NCBI GenBank assembly: GCA_951406725.2
Contig: OX597834.1
Coordinates: forward strand, 3,038,001 to 3,102,000
Direction: 5' to 3'
Length of the DNA stretch: 64,000 nt
Source of the DNA: Octopus vulgaris
Lineage: Eukaryota
Shown here piece after piece: positions 1 to 13,722 of the stretch. Positions within the stretch are counted from its first letter, which is position 1, and the number at the start of each line of letters is the position of its first letter. Both the position numbers and the translations under genes were made by a program. Below the pieces are notes generated by a model. The model searched no databases. It was not told where the DNA came from and saw only the letters and a list, made by a program, of their open reading frames with translations.

Positions 1-596
1 TAGTAGTAGTAGTAGTAGTAGTAGTAGTGGGAGGATGAGGAGTGGTGGTGGCGGTGGTGGAGTGATGGAGGGTAGTAAATCAGCAAAAATAAATGAGAAA
101 AGTGGAGGGGAAGAGATTGACCCTATCACTTTCAGAACCCATCGCTATAGATGATGATGATGATGATGGCGGTGGTGGCGGTTGTGGTGGTGGTGGCGTA
201 ACTACATATCAATTCATTATCAGGTGTGCGTGTATATTTTGTGTATATTTGTGTATATTTACGTATACATATATATATATATGTATGTATGCATAAATAT
301 ATATGTATGTATGTGCCTGTATATATATGTAAATGTATGTATATATATATACTTTTATATATAAATATATATATGTATATATAAATATATATATGTATGT
401 GTATATATATATATATATACACATAGTAGTAGTGGGAGGAGGAGGAGTGGCGGTGGTGGTGGTGGAGTGATGGAGGGTAGTAAATCAGCAAAGTGCATAT
501 ATATATGTATGTATATATATGTATATATGTATATTTATATATATATATATGTAGCTAGCTACATAGATTGATAGATAGATAGATAGATAACATATA

Positions 597-645
<49 letters not shown>

Positions 646-999
646 ACAAATATATCTCAACTGTCTCACTAACACCACATTATGCCTTTCAACATCAGCT
701 CAACAGCATCACATCATCATCATCATCATCATCATCATCACCATCATCATCATCAAAAACAGCAGCAGCAGCAACAACAATGGAATAGGAACCGAAAAAG
801 AAATATCAAAGATTTCAGCAGAAGAATGATGATTTGGCAGAAGAAGAACAAAAAACATTTTTTATATGTCGTTTTTTGAAAGGGATTCCATATCTGCGTG
901 AAGCAGTCGTTAAATTTTACTAAACGAAAAATGGCCGCCCACAAAGCGTTCCACATTAATGGCGTCAGCTCAAAAAAAGAACTAGCGATGTCTGCCCAT

Positions 1000-1825
<826 letters not shown>

Positions 1826-2263
1826 CCTTCTGCAACCATCAGTGTATGTCAATGTAATTTTCTTTACGTAACTCAATGTGTTTCAAGATACACATGTACA
1901 CAAGCGTGTACAGACACAGACATATATAGATGTACATACATACATACACACACACACACATACACACACACTCACATATATTCACACTTACATTTACATG
2001 CACATGGACTATATACCGTATAGGCATGCGTATATTCATATGCATATGTATGTATGTATGTATGTACCTATGTATGTACGTATGTATGTACGTATGTATG
2101 CATGCATGTGTGTATGTATGTGTGTATGTATGGTTTATGTGGCCCTCTTCAGATGCACGTCATTCCGTAGCACTTTGGGTAAGTCACTTCAACTATGGCT
2201 CTACATTAACCAATTCTTTCAGAGTTGCTACGTCGATAATGTGCGTGTGTGCATGTCTCAACA

Positions 2264-2400
<137 letters not shown>

Positions 2401-2411
2401 ATATATACATA

Positions 2412-2543
2412 CGAGGATGAGTCAAAAGGTAATGCCATTTTGTTCACAGAGGACCACCTTCATTTTGATGTATGATACACGTTCCTGTGTTGATAATTAT
2501 ACCTGTCCTAAACAAAATAACATAACTTTTTGACTCACCTTCG
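2412..2543. mobile_element. Short mariner-type MITE
   Basis: Left end TA|CGAGGATGAGTCAAAAGGTAA and right end ATAACTTTTTGACTCACCTTCG|CA are imperfect terminal inverted repeats of mariner style with a degenerate TA target. Confidence 0.6.
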
Positions 2544-2770
2544 CATGTATATATATATATATATATAATGAGGGAATATCAATTCCGGCGTCACAGGGAT
2601 GAGATATTCAAGTTAAGAATATTAATTTGAATTATTTTCAATAAATAAATACCTATACCAAAGTATCAATTAGAGACAGAAATCCCCATAAGAATCAACA
2701 AATCAGAATACAATTCAACCATTCCATGGAATATTATATGTAATACTTACTATTCGTTTTTAAAGTTTCC

Positions 2771-2864
2771 GACTACACGTGTTTCATGAGGTTGTATACT
2801 ATGTTCCTGAGGCACGTAGTTTCTTAAAGAACCTCCCCTTATATACAACCCCAATCTTCAGGTC
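2771..2864 (-). ncRNA. Minimal type-I hammerhead ribozyme (PLE pseudo-LTR type)
   Basis: Minus strand: GAC-CTGAAGA-T-TGGGGTTGTATA..loop..TATACAACCTCA-T-GAAA-CACGTG-TA-GTC. Core CUGANGA/GAAA, 12-bp stem II, palindromic stem III CACGTG, GUA cleavage triplet, 3-bp stem I. Confidence 0.85.
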
Positions 2865-3354
2865 CATTTATCCCCCGTTTATAACTTTATCTATCTTTAT
2901 ATATTCCAACTTAAAAGTATATCAAACTAAACCGATGTTTAAATAAATAAATTCATTAAACCCTGCAGTTTAAGCCATAATTAATTAAGAATTAAAAGTG
3001 AAATACGCCTAAAAAATATATATATATATATAAATGAAAAATATATACAAATGAGAAAATATATACGAATGCGGAAAAAATATATACTATTGAAAAGAAA
3101 ATATAACATTAACAATGAAGAGGATGATTAAGAGACGAATGGAAACTAATGCAAATGACAAAAAAACAGGTGAATTTTATGCGTAAAATAGGAATGAAGA
3201 TATGAAAATATATGGAAAAATATATGGAAAAAATATAAAGGGAAAAACATTTAAAAATGAGAAAATGAAAAAATTATATATACAGGAATTAATTTATAAA
3301 TTAATATAATTAAAATTAATATACTAAACTTATATAAAAGTAGATAAAGATTCC

Positions 3355-3743
3355 TGGTACATGATAAGGAATGTAGTGTGCACATGTGAGGTGAAGACAG
3401 TACGCAGAAACACGTGTCCATTGGTAGCACAGGAAACTCCATGAATAATTGAGAGACCATCTCTCATCATTTTCCAATATAAATAAAAGACACTCCACAT
3501 CTCTATCGACCCTTATCTGGAAACTCAAACAGAATGGCGTGGATCATACGACCAACTGGTTCGTTATAAAAAATATATAATGGAACATCACGGGTATGCA
3601 ACCTATGCCTAGAAGAAACCCTGGAAATCATCACATCCAGGGAAAGGGTGATGAACTCTGACATGATCATGTCATGCAAACATAAAAACAAAACATCGTT
3701 TCGGGAAATAAAAAAAAATTTGAAACGAAAGAAGACATTATAG
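3355..3743 (+). pseudogene. Frameshifted Penelope-like GIY-YIG endonuclease (Naiad-like C-terminus)
   Basis: Hand translation across frameshifts: MIRNVVCTCEVKT / KHVSIGSTGNSM / DHLSSFSNINKRHSTSLSTLIWKLKQNGVDHTTNWFVIK / YNGTSRVCNLCLEETLEIITSRERVMNSDMIMSCKHKNK. The CNLCLEE..C(K/R)H pattern is typical of Naiad-type PLEs (clade call from memory). Confidence 0.75.
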
Positions 3744-4504
3744 AAAAGCGGAGGAACGGAAACGAAAAAAGAAACCAACCAGTTTTTGAGATGCTGTACA
3801 GGATACCAACAAAAGCAATGAAGAGATCACCAGAAGAAAAAATAGCATTTATCAATTCAGTAAACAAACCCCAGTGTATAGCAGCAGTACTTGAGCACCT
3901 GTTGAGAGGGCAGAATTTATTGAAGATGGCCATGCCTTACATGAAATCAAACACAAGAATGTATTACCCATCCTTCACATCTGCTGAATGAATAGTAAAA
4001 GACAAATGCACCACCACCACCACCACCACCACACACACCTCCATCCCCATATAACTACATTCCTTCCTCTATTCCCACCAGCTTCTACTCCTCCCCACCA
4101 AATTCACACAGAATTACCCACAGAACTCGACCTTCGTACTAGTAAAAAGAGAAAAACATCCCTCTGTGGCTCATCCACTAATGTTATATCGCCCGAAGAA
4201 ACGAATCCATGATGATGATCAACCGGACGCTGTGGACTGCACTGTAATCATCCCAGGAATACGGACTGTCATCTTAAAGGTCACCTGGTTTCTGGAAACG
4301 CGCCTAGCGATGTATTAAATGTTTATAAATCCCATCCAAGGATTACCGTTATTCTTACTATATTATTCCCACATTATATCGGTACCAATCGATGCAACCC
4401 CCAAAGCTACTTCACCGCTCATCATCGTTAGACTGTGGCTGGCATAATGATATAGGAACTGTATTGGCATATTCAAAACGTTTCCCTGTAAACAAATTTA
4501 AAAG

Positions 4505-4537
<33 letters not shown>

Positions 4538-4562
4538 TGTGTGTATGTATGTATGTATGTAT

Positions 4563-4593
<31 letters not shown>

Positions 4594-4645
4594 ATATATA
4601 TATATATTTATATATATACATATATATACATATACATATACAGAC

Positions 4646-4720
<75 letters not shown>

Positions 4721-4865
4721 TTTTTATGTATTAGACATTCACTAGTACAACACCAAAAAAAAAACCCCAAATATATGGCACAGAACTTCCAACCTGTTGT
4801 CTCTTGAGGTCTCTGGGTGAGACTTGGAGCCAACTTGTACAGACATAAAGCAAAAGTCAAACATA

Positions 4866-4867
<2 letters not shown>
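4721..4867 (+). mobile_element. Probable 3'-terminal fragment of an R4/Dong-type LINE inserted in (TAA)n
   Basis: 147-bp unique island bounded by (TAA)n on both sides (4651-4720, 4868-4953); contains GTCTCTTGAGGTCTCTGGGTGAGACTTGGAG, similar in style to the 3' end of the Dong element near 61.55 kb. Confidence 0.5.
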
Positions 4868-4954
<87 letters not shown>

Positions 4955-5007
4955 TAAATGATATATATATATTTATGCATATATACATACGTATATGTAC
5001 ATACGTC

Positions 5008-5044
<37 letters not shown>

Positions 5045-5302
5045 GTATACAACAAAAAATATTTTTTCAAACAACGAAAGACACAAATTGAAAACAAGAC
5101 AAAAAACGACCCTTCGTCAGTTGTTGGCTGTTTTTCTATTCTCGTATTTCGAGCATTTAACAAGATACGCTTTCGATAAAACAGTTGCTCCCGCAAACCA
5201 AATTAAATAAAGTTTGGGATGTTGCGGAGGGTCAAAAGTGTAACAGAAACAGGATATTGAAAACAAACAAGAAGGGCTGCTAAGCCTAAACGAGGTTGTG
5301 GT

Positions 5303-6210
5303 CACACGATGTTGTCCGCGTAGGCCAAGTCCCTCACCGCGACTCCTCTCCCAACCTCTACGCCCCGGTAGTCCCGGAGCGCGGTATTGAGAACGTAGTC
5401 AATAGCGTAGTTGAAGAGGGTTGGCGACAGCGCGCACCCCTGCCGCACACCTGTCCCAACATCAAACGGCGCCGTCTGCTTACCATAGACCCTGACGCGT
5501 GCTCGAGTCAGGGTCTTGTATGAGGCGGAGCAGCTTCTCTAGGATACCGTCCGCCTGCATTATGCGCCACAAGGCCTCCCGATCTACCGAATCAAAGGCA
5601 GCAGCGAAGTCGATGAAGCATAGAGCAGTAGGCTGCTGGTACACCCACCGTTGTTCCAGAACACGCCGGAGGTTGAAGATTTGATCGACACACCCTCTTC
5701 CCGGATGGAAGCCACCTTGAGAAGGGCGGGTACGGACATCACGGACGGTCTGGAACCTCTTCGGCAGAAGAATTGCGAAGGATTTGGAAGCAAAATCGAT
5801 AAGGCTGATGCCCCTATAGTTTGAACACAGCTTTTTGTCGCCTGTCTCTACGGCCCCTTCCATCTGTCCTTCTGCAACGGCGCTTGCGGTGGTTTGGCCA
5901 TGCATGTAGGCGTCCGGTGGGTGAACTGAGCCGTGATGTCCTTCTTCCAACTCCACTTCCCAACTGTTGGAAACGCGCGGGCGGACAGCTGAAGACCTGG
6001 GCTACGACGATCAAGGAGGACCTCCCCGTGCTCACGGGTCCGCAGGTGGTCGACCTGCACCGATGGAACAGTGACTGGCTTGCCATCTCCAGTGAACTGG
6101 CGCAGGACCGTCGTGCGTGGGCTGCCATGATTCGAGATGCCTCGAGAGTGGTAGAAGAAGCCGACTCAACCCGCCCAGGGTGAACGTCGCCACATGTACA
6201 AGTACAAGTA
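5303..6210. mobile_element. RTE-clade LINE, 5'-truncated with inverted 5' segment, 10-bp TSD
   Basis: Minus strand 5303-~5845 encodes RT (GDKKLCSNYRGISL, QGGF..GRGCVDQIF, FIDFAAAFDSV, GVRQGCALSPTLFN, LAYADNIV). Plus strand ~5845-6183 encodes the RTE C-terminus (RRLRWFGH..AQDRRAW), then a (TACAAG)n tail. TSD AGGTTGTGGT at 5293-5302 and 6211-6220. Confidence 0.92.
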
Positions 6211-6734
6211 AGGTTGTGGTGGCGAACACGTAAATCAAGTTTGGACAGAAGACGGACAGGAACACGTCTTCCTTGATCCAGCAACAACGGAGAGAAAGTA
6301 ACACAAGTTAGGAGTAGAAAGATGGCCGATGGTCACGTGGGAGCCACGTGAGAAAGGGAGGAGACGTGAAGGAGAGAGAGTGACAGACAGAGAACTGTGA
6401 AGGGGAGAGGGAAAAATTGAGATAGGATAAGTGAGAAAAAAAACAGGAGGGGAGATGGGGAGAAAGGAAGAGAGAAAAAAGTAAAGAGTAATAGGATAGA
6501 ATAATGGGAGAAGAGGGGGTAGAAAAATAAGAGAGAGAAAGAGAGGAAAACGAAAGAGTATATGCATGGCTATGTTAAACTTTGGCGGGGGGACAGGTTG
6601 GCAGTAACTTCGAAGTTCTGCCTTCCTTGACCTCGAGAGACTGTTTGACATGTACTTTACTAAAGATTATTGCAAAAAAAGGCACACACACATGTACATG
6701 TACGTGTGTGTGTGTGTGTATTTGTGTGTGTGTA

Positions 6735-6775
<41 letters not shown>

Positions 6776-7340
6776 TGCGCTGGAACGCGGCGTATCTGGG
6801 TAAAGTCACATACAAACATTTAATAAAATATCACCGCCACTACTACTGTACTACGTACTACTATTACCCCTTCTACCACTACACAGGCACCACCACCACC
6901 ACCACCACAACCGCCGCCACTACCACTTCCATCCTGTTATGAGATTGCTCTATGGTGTGGTATATAAAGATATTATTCCGCCCTGACGACTCCTGATTTT
7001 TGGTCAACCAGACATAATTTAATATTTCACTGTTTCATGCCGACGGCAAAAACGAAAACTTTGAACAAAAAAACATTTCAACAACTTTCACAAAATTTCA
7101 TCTCCTCACTTTTCAAATTAGCTGAAAAAAAAAATAAATAATCGATTTTCGATCTCTCTCTACCTCTCTTTTATTTATTCTCTTCATTCTCTCTCTTCTC
7201 ATCTATGTATCTGCCAGTTTTTTTCTATCTATTTTACTGTCTACATAGCTGTCAATCTGTTTTTCTATCTAACGATCTATCTATCTATCCATCTATCTAT
7301 CCATCTATCTATCTATCTATCCATCTATCTATCCATCTAT

Positions 7341-7381
<41 letters not shown>

Positions 7382-7987
7382 CATCTATCCATCTATCTAT
7401 CTATCTATCTATCTTCGTAGTCCTTTTTCTACCTTTGTGTATCTATCAATCTATTTATCAAGGGATCTAACTATATATCTATCTATATAGCTGCCGGTCT
7501 CCCTATTTATCTATCTACCTATTTACATACATAGCCATTAGTCTATCTATTTATCTATTTATATAAACATCTATCAATCTATTTATCTACTTATCTGTCT
7601 GTCTACTATTTATCTATCTGTCTGTCTACTTACCTATCTATCTATTTAGCTCTCTCTCTCTCCCTCTCTCTCTCTACCTACCTATCTATCCATCTATCTA
7701 CCTATCTTTCATTCATCCTCCTCTCTAATTATCTCTGTGTCTCTCTGTCAGTTCATCTCTCTATCAACATGTTTCTCTCCATCTTTCTATACACGTTTGT
7801 TTATCAGAACGTGAATCTGCATCTCTGTATCTCTGTCCATCTATCAATCTCAGTTTGTGTGTGTGTGTGTGTGTGTTTACATGTATCAATGTGTTTCTCG
7901 GAAATACAGTATCCAGTCTCTCTCTTTTCTGATTCATCATGTCTTGTTCACCTTCTCCTCCTCCTTCTTCTTCTTCTTCTTCTTCTT

Positions 7988-8044
<57 letters not shown>

Positions 8045-8427
8045 GTTGTTGTTGTTGTTGTTGTTGTTATTATTATCATCATCATTATTCACCTTCTTCC
8101 AAGTTGAAGAAATCAAATGTTTGGTCTCAACTCTTAATCACAACTCCCAGAATCCAATAACTTCAACAACAACAACAGCAACATGGATAACATCAGTAAT
8201 AACAACACCAACATCACTAAGACCAGCCGCCACCACCACCACCACCACCACCCTCCGCCTTCCCCACCAACTCCATTACAATCACCTTCCACCACCACCC
8301 CCAACACCACCACCGTCGACATCGCCACCACGTCCACCGTGTCATCAGTACCAAACGACCAATGTTAAATGGACAACGTAGCTCTCGCTCTCTCCCTCTT
8401 TTTCCTCTCTCTCTCTCTCTCTCTCTC

Positions 8428-8490
<63 letters not shown>

Positions 8491-8862
8491 TTTTCCCTCC
8501 TCCTCCCTCACCCTGTCTCTCTCTCTCCCTCTTTTTCTCTCTTTCTCTCTTCTCCTTTCTCTCAAGCCGAGCAATATCGATTATGTCCTGAATTTTTTAT
8601 TTTTTTTATTTCATATGGAACCTCTGTACAAATTTATTTTGCAAACTTTGGAATCAGATTTTTTTGGCTATGAGGCGTGTGTGTGTCTGAGTGTCTGTGT
8701 GTCTGTGTCTGTGTGTCTGTGTGTCTGTGTGTGTGTGTAGATATAAATGAGCAGATAGATAGATAGACAGACAGACAGATACATATACAAATATATTTAT
8801 GCTTATATATATGTGCATATATATACATACGCATATATATGCATACATACGCATATATATGC

Positions 8863-8921
<59 letters not shown>

Positions 8922-9041
8922 AATATATATATGTATGTATGTATGGAATTGTACCCAATGGAAACTGTGTGAAACCCGTCAGGTGTATTGTACCGATTGT
9001 ACTTGTAATTGATTTAACGCTTCGGCGGTATCACTTTGTGT

Positions 9042-9089
<48 letters not shown>

Positions 9090-9376
9090 TATATATATAT
9101 ATATATAATCTTTTTGTTCATTTATTTGAATTCACGATGCATTTATATGCATGTACACTTCTGGATTTTGCTATGATGTAAATCAATATTTTTCATTTTA
9201 TATGTATTTGCTGATCTATAATGTTTTGCATCGTACTGTATTATTATTGTTGTTATTGTTATTGTGTTGCTATTTCACTATATTATGCTGTTGATGTATT
9301 CTATCTGATTTTTTCCACCTAATATGTACTGTGAACCGCGTGATGCACATATTGTTTTACTGGTATTGTCATTATT

Positions 9377-9485
<109 letters not shown>

Positions 9486-9820
9486 GTGATAATAGTGATA
9501 GTAATAGTAATGATAATAATAGTAATATTCATGGCATTTTGTAACTTAATATAATGAACTCTTGACTTTGTGTATGTACATTTGCATATGGATATGTGTA
9601 TGTTTGTATATTGTAATATTCTAATATATTGATTTGACTAACTGTAACCTTGTATATATGTATGTATATTATTATATATTATTATGTATATACGTATATA
9701 TATATATAGGAGCATGGGTATATACACTTATGTGTATGTGTATATTATATATTATGTGTATGTACCCATTCTTGTATAGGTGTACCTTCTCTTATATTCA
9801 TATTTGGATTGTACTTTATA

Positions 9821-9947
9821 ATCTCTGAAGAGGCCTTGGGATATATTTGTAAGTGTCTCATTTATAACCACATATTAACTTATCACACTTGGCTAATATG
9901 AGCATAATGAGATACTCATAACTACATGGCTGAAACAGCTGTAAGAT
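9821..9947 (+). ncRNA. Type-I hammerhead ribozyme with long stem-II insertion
   Basis: ATCT-CTGAAGA-GGCC..(~92 nt, with inner helix GTGTCTCATT/AATGAGATAC)..GGCT-GAAA-CAGCTG-TA-AGAT. Palindromic stem III CAGCTG, GUA triplet. Confidence 0.8.
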
Positions 9948-10158
9948 GTAGTTTATATTTATATTTATATTTATTTATATTTATTTATACATATTGTACT
10001 TATTGTATCATATTACTCATTGATGTGCATTGTTTTGTTCTGTACTATTATGTTTGACCTTGATGTTCATATGTAGTTGGTTAATAAATTATGTGATTGG
10101 GTATCATCTGGTAGTTGATTATTGATTAAGGTGTATTTCTCCATTTTCTTATATTGTA

Positions 10159-10205
<47 letters not shown>

Positions 10206-10248
10206 TGTGTGCGTGTGTATGACACATATATATATGTATATGCATGTG

Positions 10249-10283
<35 letters not shown>

Positions 10284-10859
10284 TACTCATCACGATGGGT
10301 AACATACTTTTATTAGTTTCTTGGTGTTTATAAAATACAATAAGCAGAATACTAAGTTTTAAAAGAAAAGTACTTATTACCTAAAAACGAAAGTTTGATG
10401 AAGCAAATTCCTCATTTCTATATTTACAACAAATTAACCTTAGTAACATAATCACAATGAAGTCCCTCGGAAACCTATCCCTGCAAGATTTGAACTCCTC
10501 TCATAACTACTCCATCGTTTATTCCCTCTCCCCTCTCCTTCTGCTTCCCTTCCTTTGTCTCTATGGCTTTTTTGTTCTTCCTCACTGTGGGCATAGTATT
10601 CCATTACTCATTGCCTGCAAATAAGCCTAGTATGTTCATTCATTTGTCATCTGTTTTGTTAAGTCTGTTTGTATCTCTCTTTTACTCTATACGATGAAAT
10701 GCGTGATAAGATTTAACCTACTAACCATCGAATATTACACACAGACACATACGTGTGTGTGTGTGTATGTGTGTGTGCACATGTGTCTTCTACAGAGGAT
10801 CATTAGCCATTTAGAAATGCGTCAAGGAGTCCGATAAAGGACCACACTTTCAGGCCCAA

Positions 10860-11012
10860 GTGTGGATGTATGGCAAGATATTTGCTTCCCAACCTCATGG
10901 TGCCAGGTTCAGTCCCACTGCGTGGCACCTTGGGCAAGTGATTTCTATTATAGCCTCGGACCGACCAAAGCCTTGTGAGTGGATTTGGTTGACGGAAACT
11001 GAAAGAAACCAG
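10860..11012 (+). mobile_element. tRNA-derived SINE with CORE-like segment
   Basis: B-box-like GGTTCAGTCCC followed by GGCACCTTGGGCAAGTG; ends in (GT)n. Reverse-strand copy at 39641-39738. Confidence 0.75.
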
Positions 11013-11014
11013 TC

Positions 11015-11097
<83 letters not shown>

Positions 11098-11494
11098 TGT
11101 GTGTGTGTGTGTGTTACATTAATAGCACATACTTAAAATTCCCACAGACGTTTGTGGAATTGGTTGTCAGGCTTGTTGGCAGGTTTGTCAGTTGTACTCT
11201 GTTACTTACAAACACGTGTGAGATGTAGCTCTTTAGTGTTGATGGCTGCGCATGCGTGCATCAGCACTGTATATTCCCAGGTTTACTTCCAATCCCGTAT
11301 CATTTTTCCATCTCTCCTTATAAACATGCCGTAACCATAGCAAATTGAAGGATTATCCCGTCGCCTTCTACATGCATTAATCTTTTTAAGATGTTCAACG
11401 CCATCTTTGACTGTCATACGGCCATCACACACCATCGAATTACAAATTGGACGTCGCCATTTGCATTTTAGAGTCTCCATTTAATGTTGTTGCT

Positions 11495-11585
<91 letters not shown>

Positions 11586-11750
11586 TGTGTCTTTCCTCAA
11601 TGAATTTTTTCTCTTCATCTTCCTCTTGATGTTCTTCTTCGGCTCCGATTTCTTCTTTTCCTTCTTCTTCATTTTTAATTTCTTGACTTTTCTTCTCCTT
11701 CCTTCTTCTTCTTCTCCTTCCTTTTTCTTCTTCTTCTTCTTCTTCTTCTT

Positions 11751-11787
<37 letters not shown>

Positions 11788-13020
11788 GACTTCTTCTCAT
11801 CCGTCTCTCCTTCTTCCTCTTTCTCTTTCGTCTTCTTCTCCATTCGCTTCTTTCTCTACTTCCTTCTCTTTCATATCTTCGCCTTATTCTCTTTCATTTT
11901 CTCATCAACTTATTTTCCTTCTCTTCCTTCTTCTTTATCGTCATTTTTCTACGAATTCTTCTTCCTTTCCCTTTTCCTTCCTATTTCTTATTCTCCTCTT
12001 TCTTCTATAACATCTCTTTCTTTTTTTATGTTTTCCTTCATTATCATCATCATCCTCTTTCTTCCTCTTTCTTCCTCCTCCTCCTCCTCCTCCTCCTCCA
12101 TCTATTTCCCTATTTCTCGCCATTGATTTCTTATCAATGTCCCAAACCATTTCAACTTACAGAGAGAAATGGTTCTGTGTTTGACGAGACACAGAATCAT
12201 TTGTAGGTCCGAGTAGGGTTGCGGCGGCGGCGGCGGCGGAGGTGGTGGTGGTGGTGGTGGTGGTGGTGGTGGTGGTGTGAGGGGCGCGTCCGTCCATCAT
12301 TTTTCCGCTGGCAGGAGAAGGGACGGACAGGTGGCACAGTGGGTGGAGCTGGTCATTTAATATTTCACCTTTTTTTCCCCATCCTTGACCATCGCCTTCA
12401 CACACCCCAAACACCCTCTCAAATGACAGCCACGATTGCCTTTATTTATTTCGTTTAATTATTTCTATTCCTTTTATTTATTTTTTTATGTATTTATTTT
12501 ATTTTATTTTATTTTATTTTATCTTTATTTATATTATATTAGTTTTCTTCTTTTTTTTCTCATTCTCTTTATATTTTTTTTTTTTATGAAATGCCGTTAT
12601 TTCCATTTCTGAGTTGAAACCTTCCGCAACGAGTCAACTTGTGATGAGTTTTTTTTTAAATTCTGTTTATTCATTTTTGTTTTTTGTTTGTTTTTTTTCA
12701 TTTACACCTCCATAGAGTGAAGGTTAATGATGATGATGATGATGATGGTGGTGGTGGGGGGTGTTGATGTCGGCGGCGGTAGTAGTGATGATGACGACGA
12801 CGGCGATGGTGACGTTGATGATGATGACGATGAAGAAGGGGGATAATAGTGGGGGCGGCGGTGGTGATGGCGGTAATGATGATGGCAATCAGCATCATGA
12901 GGAGGAGGAGGAGGAAGCAGAAGAGGAAGAGGAAAAGGAAGAGGAGGAGGAAGAAGAAGAAGAAGAAGAAGAAGAAGAAGAAGAAGACAAAGAGGAGGAG
13001 GAGGAAGAGGAGGAGGTGGA

Positions 13021-13302
13021 GGAGCGAGTGGAAATAGGGATTTTTGTTAAGAACGGATTAATCAAAGAATTTTCAAAGATTTGAAACATTCTGGAAGAGA
13101 GGAAAACAAAGAAACAGAGAGAGAGAGGGGGGAGAGAGAGTGTGTGTGTGTGTATACATTCACGTGTATACATATGTACATATACATATACTGTCGTATT
13201 TATATACATATACATATGTAGATATAAATGTATACACATGTATGTATATATATACATATATATATATATATTTATGTGTACGTTTAAATACATGTTTATA
13301 TA

Positions 13303-13336
<34 letters not shown>

Positions 13337-13505
13337 CGTATGTGCATATATATATGTAATAAATTATGCTATATTACATATATGTAGTATATATATATAT
13401 ATTACATATATATACACACCTATATTATGAATATATGTATATAAATGCAACTCAACCTATATATATACATAGGTATAGACATAAATGCATATAAATATAT
13501 ATACA

Positions 13506-13547
<42 letters not shown>

Positions 13548-13722
13548 TTCTCTCTTTCTCTCTCTTCCTCCCTCTCTCCTTCTCTCTCTCTCTCCTTCCC
13601 TCTCTCTCTCCTCCTCTCTCTCTCTCTGTTTCTTTGTTTTCCTCTCTTCCAGAATGTTTCAAATCTTTGAAAATTCTTTGATTAATCCGTTCTTAACAAA
13701 AATCCCTATTTCCACTCGCTCC
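13021..13722. repeat. Perfect 102-bp inverted repeat (13021-13122 / 13621-13722)
   Basis: Base-by-base reverse complement of 13621-13722 is identical to 13021-13122; ~500-bp microsatellite spacer. Confidence 0.95.

Noticed and set aside
3355-4000. Selenocysteine recoding/SECIS as reported for some Naiad elements
   Set aside because: Conserved Cys positions are TGC/TGT; the TGA seen lies at a frameshift, and no clear SECIS could be folded by eye.
11283-11480. 65-aa minus-strand ORF METLKCKWRR...
   Set aside because: No recognisable domain or splice signals; short enough to be chance.
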